A DNA stretch of 64,000 nt from Candidatus Cloacimonadales bacterium. GTDB taxonomy: Bacteria; Cloacimonadota; Cloacimonadia; Cloacimonadales; JAIOQZ01. A program made the translations under genes and the position numbers. The stretch covers positions 2,016,001-2,080,000 of the forward strand of contig OY771587.1 of the NCBI GenBank assembly GCA_963674825.1, read 5' to 3'. Below, piece after piece: positions 1 through 9,243 of this stretch. A model generated the notes under the pieces. It did not search any database. It saw only the letters and a program-made list of their open reading frames with translations, and was not told the origin of the DNA. Numbering within the stretch: the stretch's first letter is position 1; each line of letters begins with the position of its first letter.

Positions 1-1
1 C

Positions 2-1006
2 ATGGCGAACACGGAACCTGTCGTGGACAACATCGCGACGGTCGAATACATCAAGCGTAAAGCGAAAGACCTGGGCGCTTGCAAGGTGCTGGTCGTCGGT
101 GCGCTGAGCAAGAAATCCGAGGGTAAGGAGATTGCAGAGATCTCGATGATGCTCGAGGGTGGAATTGTTGCAGTCAGCGATGATGGCGGTTGCATCCAAA
201 ACGCCAAGCTGAAGCTGAACGCGCTCAAATATGCCTCCAGTTTCGATATCCCGGTTATCGTTCACGCGGAAGACTATACCCTTGCTGGAAAGGGCCAGAT
301 TAACGCCGGTAAAATGTCCACCATGCTCGGATTAGGCGGCATCCCCGGACTTGCGGAAGAGATTATGATCTCGCGCGATATCATGTTCGCCGAAAAGACA
401 AAATGCCCGGTTCATATCGCGCATATCTCCACCAAACGCTCGGTGCAGTTGATTCGCCAGGCCAAGGCCGAAGGCATTTGTATCACTACCGAAGTGACGC
501 CGCATCACCTGATGCTGAACGAAGAGGCTTGTAAAGATTTTAACACCAATACCAAAGTCAAACCGCCGCTCAGAACGGAAGTTGACCGCCAGGCCTGCAT
601 CGAAGGGCTTCTGGACGGAACCATTGATTTCATCGCGACCGACCATGCACCGCATGCCGATTTCGAGAAAGACCGTGAATTTACCCTCGCGCCCTATGGC
701 ATCAACGGTTTCGAGACCGCCTTCACCACAATGTACGATAAACTTGTGGTTCCCGGCGTGATCCCGCTCGAAGTGCTTGTTCGCTCGATGTCCGAGAAGC
801 CGGCACGCTTCCTGAAGATGAATACGGGACGCCTCGAGGAAGGGCTTCCGGCTGATATCTGTATCGCGGATCTCAACGCGGAGCAGACCATCACAGCGGA
901 CACCATGCTGTCGAAGTCGAAAAACACACCGTTCATCGATCAGACCTTCAAGGGCCAGATCGTCATGACGCTGTGCGACGGAAAGATCACGTGGGAAGCG
1001 GAGTAA
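2..1006 (+). CDS. pyrC: Dihydroorotase (5' end lies upstream of the window)
   Basis: Amidohydrolase motifs HAED, HIAHIST, EVTPHHL, KVKPPLR, IATDHAPH, SKSKNTPF. 'MANTEP' is an internal motif, so the gene is truncated by the window edge. Confidence 0.95.
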   Translation: MANTEPVVDNIATVEYIKRKAKDLGACKVLVVGALSKKSEGKEIAEISMMLEGGIVAVSDDGGCIQNAKLKLNALKYASSFDIPVIVHAEDYTLAGKGQINAGKMSTMLGLGGIPGLAEEIMISRDIMFAEKTKCPVHIAHISTKRSVQLIRQAKAEGICITTEVTPHHLMLNEEACKDFNTNTKVKPPLRTEVDRQACIEGLLDGTIDFIATDHAPHADFEKDREFTLAPYGINGFETAFTTMYDKLVVPGVIPLEVLVRSMSEKPARFLKMNTGRLEEGLPADICIADLNAEQTITADTMLSKSKNTPFIDQTFKGQIVMTLCDGKITWEAE

Positions 1007-1743
1007 TTCGCCAGATTTGCCCGGTCACCAGGCTGCGGCAGATCAATGCATCCTATTTCGAGCTGTGGTTTGCTTCCCGTGAGATGGTGCAGCAGCTCGC
1101 TCCCGGTCAGTTTTTCGAGATCATGCGTCCGGAGAGCGATCGCTTGCGTATTCCCATCAGTTGCTACGATGTCGAAGGCGACGAGATCGGCCTGATGATT
1201 AAAATCATCGGTGATGGAACGCTCGATTTATCCACGCTTTGTGAAGGTGATATGCTCGATGTGATGGGACCTCTGGGTAACCGATTCACGAAGCCGCAGG
1301 AAGCGAAAATCCTGCTGGTCAGCGGTGGAATCGGCTATCCACCTATGTATTCCCTAAAGAAAGCGCTCACCGCGGGTAACGAGATCAAATGGCTGCACGG
1401 TGGCAGATGTAAAGATGATGCCTTTCCATGCGACGCGATCTATACCGACGACGGATCGGCAGGTCAGAAAGGCTTTGTGACCATCGGTGTGGAAGATGAG
1501 CTTGCTGGCGGTGGTTACGACTGGCTATACTGCTGTGGGCCCGAGCCGCTCCTGAAGCGTTGCGCCGAACTGGCGAAGCAATACGGTGTTCGCTGCGAAC
1601 TCTCCCTGGAAGCCTATATGGCCTGTGGAATCGGAGTCTGCTACGGTTGTGCCGTGGCGATCCGCGAAGGGGACGAGGTTGTCTATAAAACAGTCTGTAA
1701 AGACGGGCCTGTTTTCGATTCGGAGGTCGTGGTATGGGGCTGA
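991..1743 (+). CDS. pyrK: Dihydroorotate dehydrogenase electron transfer subunit
   Basis: PGQF, GPLGN, GGIG, CGPEP and the 2Fe-2S motif MACGIGVCYGC...VCKDGPVF. Start placed at GTG 991 (ORF track gives 973). Confidence 0.93.
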   Translation: MGSGVIRQICPVTRLRQINASYFELWFASREMVQQLAPGQFFEIMRPESDRLRIPISCYDVEGDEIGLMIKIIGDGTLDLSTLCEGDMLDVMGPLGNRFTKPQEAKILLVSGGIGYPPMYSLKKALTAGNEIKWLHGGRCKDDAFPCDAIYTDDGSAGQKGFVTIGVEDELAGGGYDWLYCCGPEPLLKRCAELAKQYGVRCELSLEAYMACGIGVCYGCAVAIREGDEVVYKTVCKDGPVFDSEVVVWG

Positions 1744-2639
1744 CAACGAAACTGGGCCGCATTGAGATGAAAAATCCGGTGACGGTTGCATCCGGGACGT
1801 TCGGACTGAACTACGGAGATTTTTTCGAGCTCAGTCAGCTCGGTGCGCTGGTTACCAAGACCATCACCATGGATCCGCGTGCGGGAAATCCCCCGCCGAG
1901 GCTCTTCGAGACCGAGTGTGGACTCCTGAACTCGATCGGGTTGCAGAATCCGGGACTGGAAGGATTTCTGCGCGATGACCTGCCACGATACCGTCAGATC
2001 GATACACCGATTCTTGTGAGCTTTTCCGGGAACAGCGTCGACCAGTTCTGCCGCATGATGGAGCGCATGGAAAAGCATGATGGGATAGCCGGGTATGAGG
2101 TGAATGTCTCCTGCCCGAATGTCGAGAAAGAAGGGATTGCCTTCGGAACCGATCCCAAGGTTGTCTATCAGCTGACCAAAGCGCTAGCCGCGATCACGAT
2201 GCGCGAGCTTTGCATCAAGCTGTCACCCAATGTGACCGATATCGTCGCGATTGCCAGAGCTGCCGAAGAAGGTGGCGCGACATCGATCGCGCTGATCAAC
2301 ACTCTAATCGGCATGGCGATTGATTGGCGTAACGGAAAGAGCCGCATTGCCCGTGGCGGAGCTGGATACAGCGGAAGAGCCGTGAAGCCGGTGGCGGTGT
2401 TTCAGGTGTACAAGGTGGCGCAGAAGGTAAAAATTCCTATCCTCGCGATGGGTGGAATCAGCAACTGGATGGACGCGCTGGAGTTCCTCTATGCCGGAGC
2501 CTCTGCGGTGGCGGTTGGTACCAGGAATTTCGTCGACCCGGATGCGACGACAAAAATCATTGACGGAATCGGAAGTTATTTGTTAGATAATAAGTTGAAC
2601 CTTACCGACGTGATCGGAAAGGTAAGTGGTGTTCTTTAA
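1734..2639 (+). CDS. pyrD: Dihydroorotate dehydrogenase (class 1B)
   Basis: KNPVTVASGTFG, NSIGLQNPG, EVNVSCPN, KLSPNVTDI, LINTL motifs; overlaps pyrK. Confidence 0.96.
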   Translation: MGLTTKLGRIEMKNPVTVASGTFGLNYGDFFELSQLGALVTKTITMDPRAGNPPPRLFETECGLLNSIGLQNPGLEGFLRDDLPRYRQIDTPILVSFSGNSVDQFCRMMERMEKHDGIAGYEVNVSCPNVEKEGIAFGTDPKVVYQLTKALAAITMRELCIKLSPNVTDIVAIARAAEEGGATSIALINTLIGMAIDWRNGKSRIARGGAGYSGRAVKPVAVFQVYKVAQKVKIPILAMGGISNWMDALEFLYAGASAVAVGTRNFVDPDATTKIIDGIGSYLLDNKLNLTDVIGKVSGVL

Positions 2640-2700
2640 ACCCGTAGAACCTTCCTTGCGTGAGTTTCCAAACGGGCTTGCGTGAGGGCAATGAAGGAGA
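2632..2700 (+). promoter_or_regulatory. Candidate variant PyrR-binding RNA element overlapping the pyrR RBS
   Basis: TTCTTTAAA (2632-2640) can pair with GAAGGA (2693-2698, the RBS). A GCTT-GCGTGA-GGGC hairpin (2676-2689) resembles the CNGNGA loop, and an extra CCCGT/ACGGG stem is inserted. Confidence 0.5.
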
Positions 2701-2705
2701 CTGGA

Positions 2706-3245
2706 ATGAAAGAAAAACGTCAAGTTATGGACGAAGCGGCAATGCAGCGTGCGATTAAACGCATCGCGCACGAAATAGACGAACAAAACAAGGGCCTCGA
2801 GAATGTTTACCTTGTAGGAATCAGAAGTCGTGGCGTACCGATGGCGGACCGCCTGGCGGATTACCTCAAATCGATCGATGGTGTGGAAGTTCCTACCGGA
2901 ATCCTCGATATCACCCTCTATCGTGACGACCTTTCGACTATCTCGCATCAGCCGGTGATCAAAGGTTCGAAGATTGATTACGAAGTTCAGGGCAAGAATA
3001 TCATCCTCGTGGATGACGTGCTTTATACCGGAAGAACCGTTCGCGCGGCGATCGACGCTATCCTCGATTTTGGAAGACCCGAGAAGATCCAGCTTTGCGT
3101 GCTGATCGATCGCGGTCATCGCGAGCTGCCTGTCAAGGCGAACTATGTAGGCAAGAATATCCCCACATCGGACGAAGAGATCGTCAAGGTGTGCTTTGTT
3201 GAAACCGACGGCGAAGACTCTGTACGCTTGATGGTGCGGGATTGA
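2706..3245 (+). CDS. pyrR: Bifunctional pyr operon regulator / uracil phosphoribosyltransferase
   Basis: [38 protein letters not shown] motifs; RBS AAGGAG before ATG 2706. Confidence 0.97.
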   Translation: MKEKRQVMDEAAMQRAIKRIAHEIDEQNKGLENVYLVGIRSRGVPMADRLADYLKSIDGVEVPTGILDITLYRDDLSTISHQPVIKGSKIDYEVQGKNIILVDDVLYTGRTVRAAIDAILDFGRPEKIQLCVLIDRGHRELPVKANYVGKNIPTSDEEIVKVCFVETDGEDSVRLMVRD

Positions 3246-3246
3246 T

Positions 3247-4053
3247 ATGGGTTTTTACGATAAATTTCTGAGCGCGAGCCGGAAGAACCAGTCGCTGGTC
3301 TGCGTGGGACTTGACACTGACCCGCAAAAGATCCCCGCGCATCTGAACGGCCAGTCGAATACGATGACTGCATTTAATAAAGAGATCATCCGGACGACGA
3401 AGGCTTACGCCGCTGCCTACAAGCTCAATTATGCGTTCTACCTCGCGGAAGGGAAAATGGGCATGCAAGCGTTGGAAGAGACGCTCGATATCCTGCGCGA
3501 CGGCGATGTGCCGGTGATTCTGGATGTGAAAGTGGGGGATATACCCAACACGATGAAGCAATACGGAAAAACCTTCTTCGGCAACTACCATGTGGATTCC
3601 ATTACGGTCAATCCGCTGATGGGCAAGGACACCATCGAGACGATTCTAGACATTCCAGATAGCTTTTGCTTCGTGCTGGCGGTGACCTCCAATTCGGGGG
3701 CGACCGATTTCCTCAAAGCGCAGTCGCTGCATGAAAGGATTGCTGGATGGTTGGGCGAAAGCGACGCGACGAGACTCGGTGCTGTCGTGGGTGCAACCAA
3801 TACGGACGAACTGGCCCGTATGCGTGAGCTTATGCCGGAAAACCTCTTCCTGGTACCGGGCATCGGTGCGCAGGGCGGCGACTTGAACGCGGTGGTGAGG
3901 CTTGCCTCCATGAGCGCGGACGACCCGCGTTTCATGGTCAATTCATCGCGCGGTATCATCTATAAGTCCGGCGGAGAAGACTTTGCCGAAGCTGCCGGAA
4001 ACGCAGCCAATGAACTGCGTACAAAGATACAGGACAGCCTGAAAAAGCTCTGA
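3247..4053 (+). CDS. pyrF: Orotidine-5'-phosphate decarboxylase (subfamily 2)
   Basis: CVGLD, DVKVGDIPNT, GAVVGAT, LVPGIGAQGG, VNSSRGI motifs. Confidence 0.95.
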   Translation: MGFYDKFLSASRKNQSLVCVGLDTDPQKIPAHLNGQSNTMTAFNKEIIRTTKAYAAAYKLNYAFYLAEGKMGMQALEETLDILRDGDVPVILDVKVGDIPNTMKQYGKTFFGNYHVDSITVNPLMGKDTIETILDIPDSFCFVLAVTSNSGATDFLKAQSLHERIAGWLGESDATRLGAVVGATNTDELARMRELMPENLFLVPGIGAQGGDLNAVVRLASMSADDPRFMVNSSRGIIYKSGGEDFAEAAGNAANELRTKIQDSLKKL

Positions 4054-5423
4054 TGAAACTTCGATTTCTTACGATATTGACGCTCCTGATGGCGTTTTTG
4101 AACGCTGGGGAGCGTCCTTTCTTCTTCAAGCAGGACACCAGTCCGTCATCTCGGGCTGAGTGGTTTTACACGACTTGGGCTGTGCATTTATCTTCTTCCA
4201 CTGAGGACCAAGACAAAAATCCCCATTATAGTGCGTTTCAACTGAGCTGGTATCGGCCAACTCGAAGTGGGCTGGGGTATTACGCTATTGGGAAGTACCA
4301 GATCGCTGATGAAATGGATGAAGCTGTTGGCGGCCTTGGTACCTCCTATCGCTTTTCATCGCTACTTTATGGTGGGATCGATATCGAAGCCGGGTGGCGT
4401 GAAGAGAATGATAAAACAACCTTCTCTATCCATCCGGGAATTACCTTCAAGCCAATAGGCAATCTACATTTCAGCGTACATGATCGCTATGATATCGCGG
4501 ATGATGAGAACCTGCTGAGAATAGAGACTTCAGTTCTTTTTAATCCGTCAATCACACTCGGGTTTGGCTGGGATACCGATAACACCTGCGACACCGAGAT
4601 TAAAGGGTACTTTGTGGGAACGGGTATCGGCGTTTACATCGGGATGGCGCTAGATGCGGACGGCCCGGTCAACGACGCTGTATATCGCGGTGGATTTTCT
4701 TTTCAGATCGAAAAGTGGTTCTCGCAGTATGGGGAGACGCTTGATCGTTATGAAAAAGGAATCCGGGATCTGCGCATAGTCTGGATGCCGGGTAGATATA
4801 CACCACCGGTTCGGTTCGAGGCGAAACATTACGCCATCGAGAAAACGCCACACGAGTACCGTACGCTTGCCATCACCGAATCGATCGAGGATTTCCAGCC
4901 GGACGAGACGGTCATCACCATCAAGCCCGGAGACAACCTGATCCGAATCAGCAAGACGTTGCCTGCGAATGCCAACGCGGAGTTTCGCGACAATGTGCGT
5001 GCGATTGCCGAGTACAACGGTATAGACGATCCTTCGCGCATCTATGTGGGGCAGGAGATCAAGATACCGACCTTCAAGCCGTCCATCGACAGCCTGCGGG
5101 TGTCGGATGAAGACAAAGCGCTGGTCAGTGAATTGCTGGATAAGACCTACAACACGCGGATTGTGGAGACTTCGATTTCAAGCGCGCTATGGAGCTTCAG
5201 GCTGGAGGGTGTGTCCGGGATGCGTGATCGGCTTCCCACGCATAGCATTCTCGATCATCCGCAGCTCTTGAATACACAGGCATTGACGCTGGTCTATTCA
5301 GGTGACTACAAGCAAGCCGAAGACCTTCTGGAATGGGCTCTGAAGGCAAGCAAAGACTCGCCGATTCTGAAGAAGAATCTGGATAAGATAAAACAATTGG
5401 CAGGCTACGATGAAAGCGAATAG
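4053..5423 (+). CDS. Secreted protein: putative beta-barrel N-terminus, LysM domain, C-terminal TPR
   Basis: Signal peptide; aromatic alternating beta strands; LysM pattern ITIKPGDNLIRIS...IAEYNGIDDPSRIYVGQEIKIP; TPR-like tail. Start overlaps the pyrF stop. Confidence 0.7.
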   Translation: MKLRFLTILTLLMAFLNAGERPFFFKQDTSPSSRAEWFYTTWAVHLSSSTEDQDKNPHYSAFQLSWYRPTRSGLGYYAIGKYQIADEMDEAVGGLGTSYRFSSLLYGGIDIEAGWREENDKTTFSIHPGITFKPIGNLHFSVHDRYDIADDENLLRIETSVLFNPSITLGFGWDTDNTCDTEIKGYFVGTGIGVYIGMALDADGPVNDAVYRGGFSFQIEKWFSQYGETLDRYEKGIRDLRIVWMPGRYTPPVRFEAKHYAIEKTPHEYRTLAITESIEDFQPDETVITIKPGDNLIRISKTLPANANAEFRDNVRAIAEYNGIDDPSRIYVGQEIKIPTFKPSIDSLRVSDEDKALVSELLDKTYNTRIVETSISSALWSFRLEGVSGMRDRLPTHSILDHPQLLNTQALTLVYSGDYKQAEDLLEWALKASKDSPILKKNLDKIKQLAGYDESE

Positions 5424-7260
5424 TTTACTGCACCTTGTCCTGATTCTGATGATCACCGGCTGTGCCATGATGCCGCGCGATGAGGTTGAGCCTTATGAGG
5501 CGGCGATAGAGGACTATGAGTATGGTTACTACAATCTGGCGCTGAGCCGGTTCGAAGATGCTGTCAAACTCGATTCGCTTTACTATCCGCTGGCGGCTGC
5601 GATGGCACACGCGCACTATGAGCTGGGCTATGTCGATTCATCGTCGGTGTGGCTGGAACGGGCGGCACGGCTTTCCACGGAGTATTCCCCGGAATATCTG
5701 GCTTATCAGGCTGAGCGTAATCTGGAATCAAGCAGTACGGAAACGCTGGGATTCCTGGACTATGTAACTTCAGTGGCCCGGCGATACGGGATTGACCCGG
5801 GTCTGCTTCTGGCTGTAATGCAGCAGGAAAGTTCGCTACAGGCTGACGCGATTTCGCCATCCGGCGCAGTGGGCATGATGCAATTGATGCCGGCGACAGG
5901 AAAAGCGCTCGGGATGAGTGTCCCACAAGAAAATTATGTGAAGAAACCACCGATTCGCGATCATGAGGCGGACGAACGCTTTCATCCGGGAAAGAATATC
6001 GCCGGAGGGGCGAGCCACCTGAACTTCCTGCTCAACCACTATCGTTTTGACAAGCGGAATACAAACCTATGCAAAGCGCTGGGTGCTTATCTGGCGGGTA
6101 CTGGTAACGTCCGGGACACGATTCCGTCTTATTGCAATCATTACATCAACCGGATATCTGAGTTTTACCGGCAGAATCGCTATCAGTTCGAGCATCATCG
6201 TGAGCTGGAGGACCAATATTACCGTCTCAATCCCGATGCACCGGGTTTCAGCAGAGAGAGTGGATCTGTATCTTTCTCAAAGAAGAAAATGCGGCGAGGC
6301 TACGATCGGATTCGCAGAGATGTCGATATGGTAGATGAACGAGATCGGGCGATTTACTACGGTAATCTTGCGTTGATGGCTGAATCGTTGGGAATAGCGG
6401 ATACTGCGATGAGTTACTACGATACAGCATTAACGATTTTTTCGGATGAACAGCGAATTCGATATAACCGGGCTGTGCTCCGATTCAAGCAGGGGCAATA
6501 TACTGCTGCGATCGGTGACCTGGATCAGGTGGAGACTTTTCCGGCAAGAGTGTTGACGATCTCGGCTTGGATATCCCTTGGTGATCTTGATGTTGCTCAG
6601 GGATTGATTGACGAGTTGTTTCGAAGTAATCCGACATCGATCGAGTTGATTGAATTAAGTGGAATCGTGGCTTTATTGCGAGATGAGGTAGAGCTTTCTA
6701 TCTGGTATTTCAGCCAAGCGGTCGCGAAACGTGGTTCCCAGATAGATATCAACCATCTGCTGGTCAGTAAGTATGCATGGTATTATGGAAATCGGATCGA
6801 AGTGGATTATGGGCCGGTCAGGCACACAGGCTTTCTGGGTGATTCCTGGCTGGAATGGCCTGTTAGCGAGCGATATATCTCTTCGTACTACGGTTGGCGT
6901 CCCAATGCTGTGGAACGCGACTGGAAGAAGCGGCTGGAGAAGATGGAGTTCCACAGCGGAATCGATATCCCGGCAGCTACTGGTGAGCCGGTACGAGCCG
7001 CTGCCGACGGTGTCGTATGGATATCAACGACGTACGACATGTCGGGTGAGTCGGTCTATATACAGCATGAGAACGGGTGGTTCACGAGTTACTATCATAT
7101 GGATAAAAGACTGGTGGAGAAGGGCGATCACTTGAAGAAAGGCGACGTGATCGGTATGGTGGGATCAACGGGAAGATCGACGGGCGCTCATTTGCATTTC
7201 GGGCTTTTCGACCGTAACTGGAAGCCGGTCAATCCGCTTCTGTATCTCACGGGATATTGA
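5410..7260 (+). CDS. Lipoprotein with TPR repeats, SLT lytic transglycosylase and M23 peptidase domains
   Basis: Lipobox ITGC; SLT motifs AVMQQESS and GAVGMMQLMP; M23 motifs FHSGID, YYH and STGAHLHF. Confidence 0.88.
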   Translation: MKANSLLHLVLILMITGCAMMPRDEVEPYEAAIEDYEYGYYNLALSRFEDAVKLDSLYYPLAAAMAHAHYELGYVDSSSVWLERAARLSTEYSPEYLAYQAERNLESSSTETLGFLDYVTSVARRYGIDPGLLLAVMQQESSLQADAISPSGAVGMMQLMPATGKALGMSVPQENYVKKPPIRDHEADERFHPGKNIAGGASHLNFLLNHYRFDKRNTNLCKALGAYLAGTGNVRDTIPSYCNHYINRISEFYRQNRYQFEHHRELEDQYYRLNPDAPGFSRESGSVSFSKKKMRRGYDRIRRDVDMVDERDRAIYYGNLALMAESLGIADTAMSYYDTALTIFSDEQRIRYNRAVLRFKQGQYTAAIGDLDQVETFPARVLTISAWISLGDLDVAQGLIDELFRSNPTSIELIELSGIVALLRDEVELSIWYFSQAVAKRGSQIDINHLLVSKYAWYYGNRIEVDYGPVRHTGFLGDSWLEWPVSERYISSYYGWRPNAVERDWKKRLEKMEFHSGIDIPAATGEPVRAAADGVVWISTTYDMSGESVYIQHENGWFTSYYHMDKRLVEKGDHLKKGDVIGMVGSTGRSTGAHLHFGLFDRNWKPVNPLLYLTGY

Positions 7261-7344
7261 TCACGACAGTGCATCGTTTCTAGCAAGTAAGTAAATTACT
7301 GTTGCTGTTCACTGAGGTAGTTGTTTCGAGAATTTACACGTATG

Positions 7345-7556
7345 TCAGATTCGCCCAATCCCTTCGCGACGCCGTATAATACGGTTTTTCGATTGAGATG
7401 CCCTAAATTTATATGATACCTCAATCGGAAAATCCTCTCTAAAAACAATTTCCGCCTCCATATATTTCCCAATTTATGATCTATCATAGCGGAAATTGTA
7501 TAACACCACGTCTTCGAAGTGGATGAACACGGCTGCTCGGGCTTGAACGAATCTGA
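7345..7556. other. Multi-hairpin intergenic element (candidate ncRNA or MITE)
   Basis: 18-bp imperfect terminal IR (7345-7362 / 7539-7556) enclosing stems 7385-7397/7420-7432, 7445-7455/7489-7499 (perfect 11 bp) and 7475-7488. Confidence 0.5.
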
Positions 7557-7574
7557 TAACGTCGAGCGATCTAA

Positions 7575-8129
7575 TCACTTTGTCGAAAGCTTAGTGATGA
7601 CGACGTCGGAGATTTCGATCGTGCCCATGTATTTGTTGGTAAGATTCAGGATCTTTTTGGGGAGAATTCGTTCGCGAGTCACTGGATCTGCGAAGTCATC
7701 ACGCGTCATGGTGGAGACGATTTCAGCGATGCCTTCTTTGATCGAGTCCTGATGCGTCATGATGCGTCCGAACGCTCTGCGAAACTTGCGCAGGTGCCTG
7801 AACTCGAGAGACATGATGACGTAATGGCCTGGGTCACTGGGTAGCGCAAATTCCATGTTGGTGAAGTCGCTATGACTGATCGATTTGTAATCGATTTCCC
7901 AGTCTTCCTTTTCCTCTTTCGGGATAGCGTTATCGTTGTTCGATTCGTCGATGTGAACGGTTTGTGTAGTAAGATTTCCCGAGCGGTCCAGTTCCGCGAT
8001 GATTTCCTCTTTCAGTTCAGCTTTCAGTTCCTTTTTGATTTCCTGTTTGAGCTCTTCCCGGTCAACGCAACCGGAAAGTAAAGTCAGAAGCATAATCAGT
8101 GGCAGCAGCTTTTTCATGGTATTTCTCAC
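7575..8129 (-). CDS. Lipoprotein with FliL-like C-terminal domain
   Basis: Lipobox LSGC; coiled coil; C-terminus VIMSLEF...IKEGIAEIVSTMTRDDF...ISDVVITK follows the FliL pattern. Confidence 0.6.
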   Translation of the reverse strand: MRNTMKKLLPLIMLLTLLSGCVDREELKQEIKKELKAELKEEIIAELDRSGNLTTQTVHIDESNNDNAIPKEEKEDWEIDYKSISHSDFTNMEFALPSDPGHYVIMSLEFRHLRKFRRAFGRIMTHQDSIKEGIAEIVSTMTRDDFADPVTRERILPKKILNLTNKYMGTIEISDVVITKLSTK

Positions 8130-8890
8130 TGGTAGCGCAGCATCTTATCGAACTGCTTTCGGTTATTGTAGTCTATTCTCTCGTGGTTTGCGACCCGGAT
8201 ATAGTTATGGGTTGTGATTCCGAAGACAAGCAGGCTGAGGCATATCTGGAGAATTGTCTTCCATGGCGCTGATAACGGAATGAAGTTACCTAGCGAGAAG
8301 AACACGATGAACCAGGTGGCCAGGTTGATGAGCATGCCGATAAACTGCTTCTCCTTCATGAGCCCGATACGACTTTTCAACGTGTGCCAGTAGCTTTTCT
8401 GAACGAGCAGCTCGATGATTGTCGAATCCAGGGTCGGGCGCTTGTTCAGCAGTCGCATGAACCTGTAGAAAGTCTCGAAATCTTGCTTCTCGATGAACTC
8501 CTCCTGGAGCTTCATTCTTTTGTAGATATGATCCATACTGTTCCAAAGCAGTCTGTAGCCTCGAAGAAGACGAGCATTGGCCTGCTTCTCTTCGATCCGA
8601 ATCTGCTGCATGTTCGAGTCTTTGATCAGTACTTTCAAGTCAGCCATTGCTGCTGGAAAAGAATGCTCGACAACACGCATCAATTCCTTTTCACGGTAAA
8701 GGCATCTGCGTAGAACGGTAAGATTGTGGAAGAAGGTTTGCGGTGTCGTATTGCGCTTGCTCGAACTGAATCCGTTATGAATTCTGCCGGCACTGTGAAA
8801 CATTTCACCTCGAAGCATACTCCGCAAGCGCACAACACGCATCAACAGAACACGACAAGCTTGCAGCCTGCCAAGCGTCTCATCCATCAT
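8126..8890 (-). CDS. Hypothetical membrane protein (two C-terminal TM helices)
   Basis: 254-aa ORF; two hydrophobic segments near the C-terminus; stop overlaps the next gene's GTG. Confidence 0.65.
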   Translation of the reverse strand: MMDETLGRLQACRVLLMRVVRLRSMLRGEMFHSAGRIHNGFSSSKRNTTPQTFFHNLTVLRRCLYREKELMRVVEHSFPAAMADLKVLIKDSNMQQIRIEEKQANARLLRGYRLLWNSMDHIYKRMKLQEEFIEKQDFETFYRFMRLLNKRPTLDSTIIELLVQKSYWHTLKSRIGLMKEKQFIGMLINLATWFIVFFSLGNFIPLSAPWKTILQICLSLLVFGITTHNYIRVANHERIDYNNRKQFDKMLRYQ

Positions 8891-8913
8891 AGACCCACCC
8901 CATGTATGTTCTG

Positions 8914-9228
8914 CTAGTCTTTTTCCATTAAATCCTTTGCTTTGTCAACAAGTTTATCTTTATTCTCTTTAACGGTTTCCAGCGCTTCTTTGCCAGATTT
9001 CTGAGCATCCTTCAGCGCTTTTTCGCTCTCGTCGGCGATCTCTTTACTTTTGTCGCGCGCATCATCGACGATGTCCTGTCCGGTTTCCTTCGCGTCGTCG
9101 AGCAGTTTCTTACCATCTTCTTTCAGCTTTTCCAGCGCGGTTTTGGGTTTCTCCTTCTCGCAGCCAGTCATGACGACTCCTGCACAAATAATGACAATAA
9201 GCAGTAGTAAAAACCTGTGGTTTTTCAT
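8914..9228 (-). CDS. Small Lys/Asp/Glu-rich helical lipoprotein (YtxH/LEA-like)
   Basis: Lipobox MTGC; repetitive amphipathic helix; GGAGG RBS. Confidence 0.7.
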   Translation of the reverse strand: MKNHRFLLLLIVIICAGVVMTGCEKEKPKTALEKLKEDGKKLLDDAKETGQDIVDDARDKSKEIADESEKALKDAQKSGKEALETVKENKDKLVDKAKDLMEKD

Positions 9229-9243
9229 GAGGCCTCCAACTTA

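Noticed and set aside
7296..7487. 63-aa minus-strand ORF
   Set aside because: No RBS or motif; it lies across the inverted-repeat element, which explains the region better.
7490..7574. Possible integron attC site (TAAC motifs)
   Set aside because: No matching GTTRRRY end with correct box spacing, no cassette array and no integrase.
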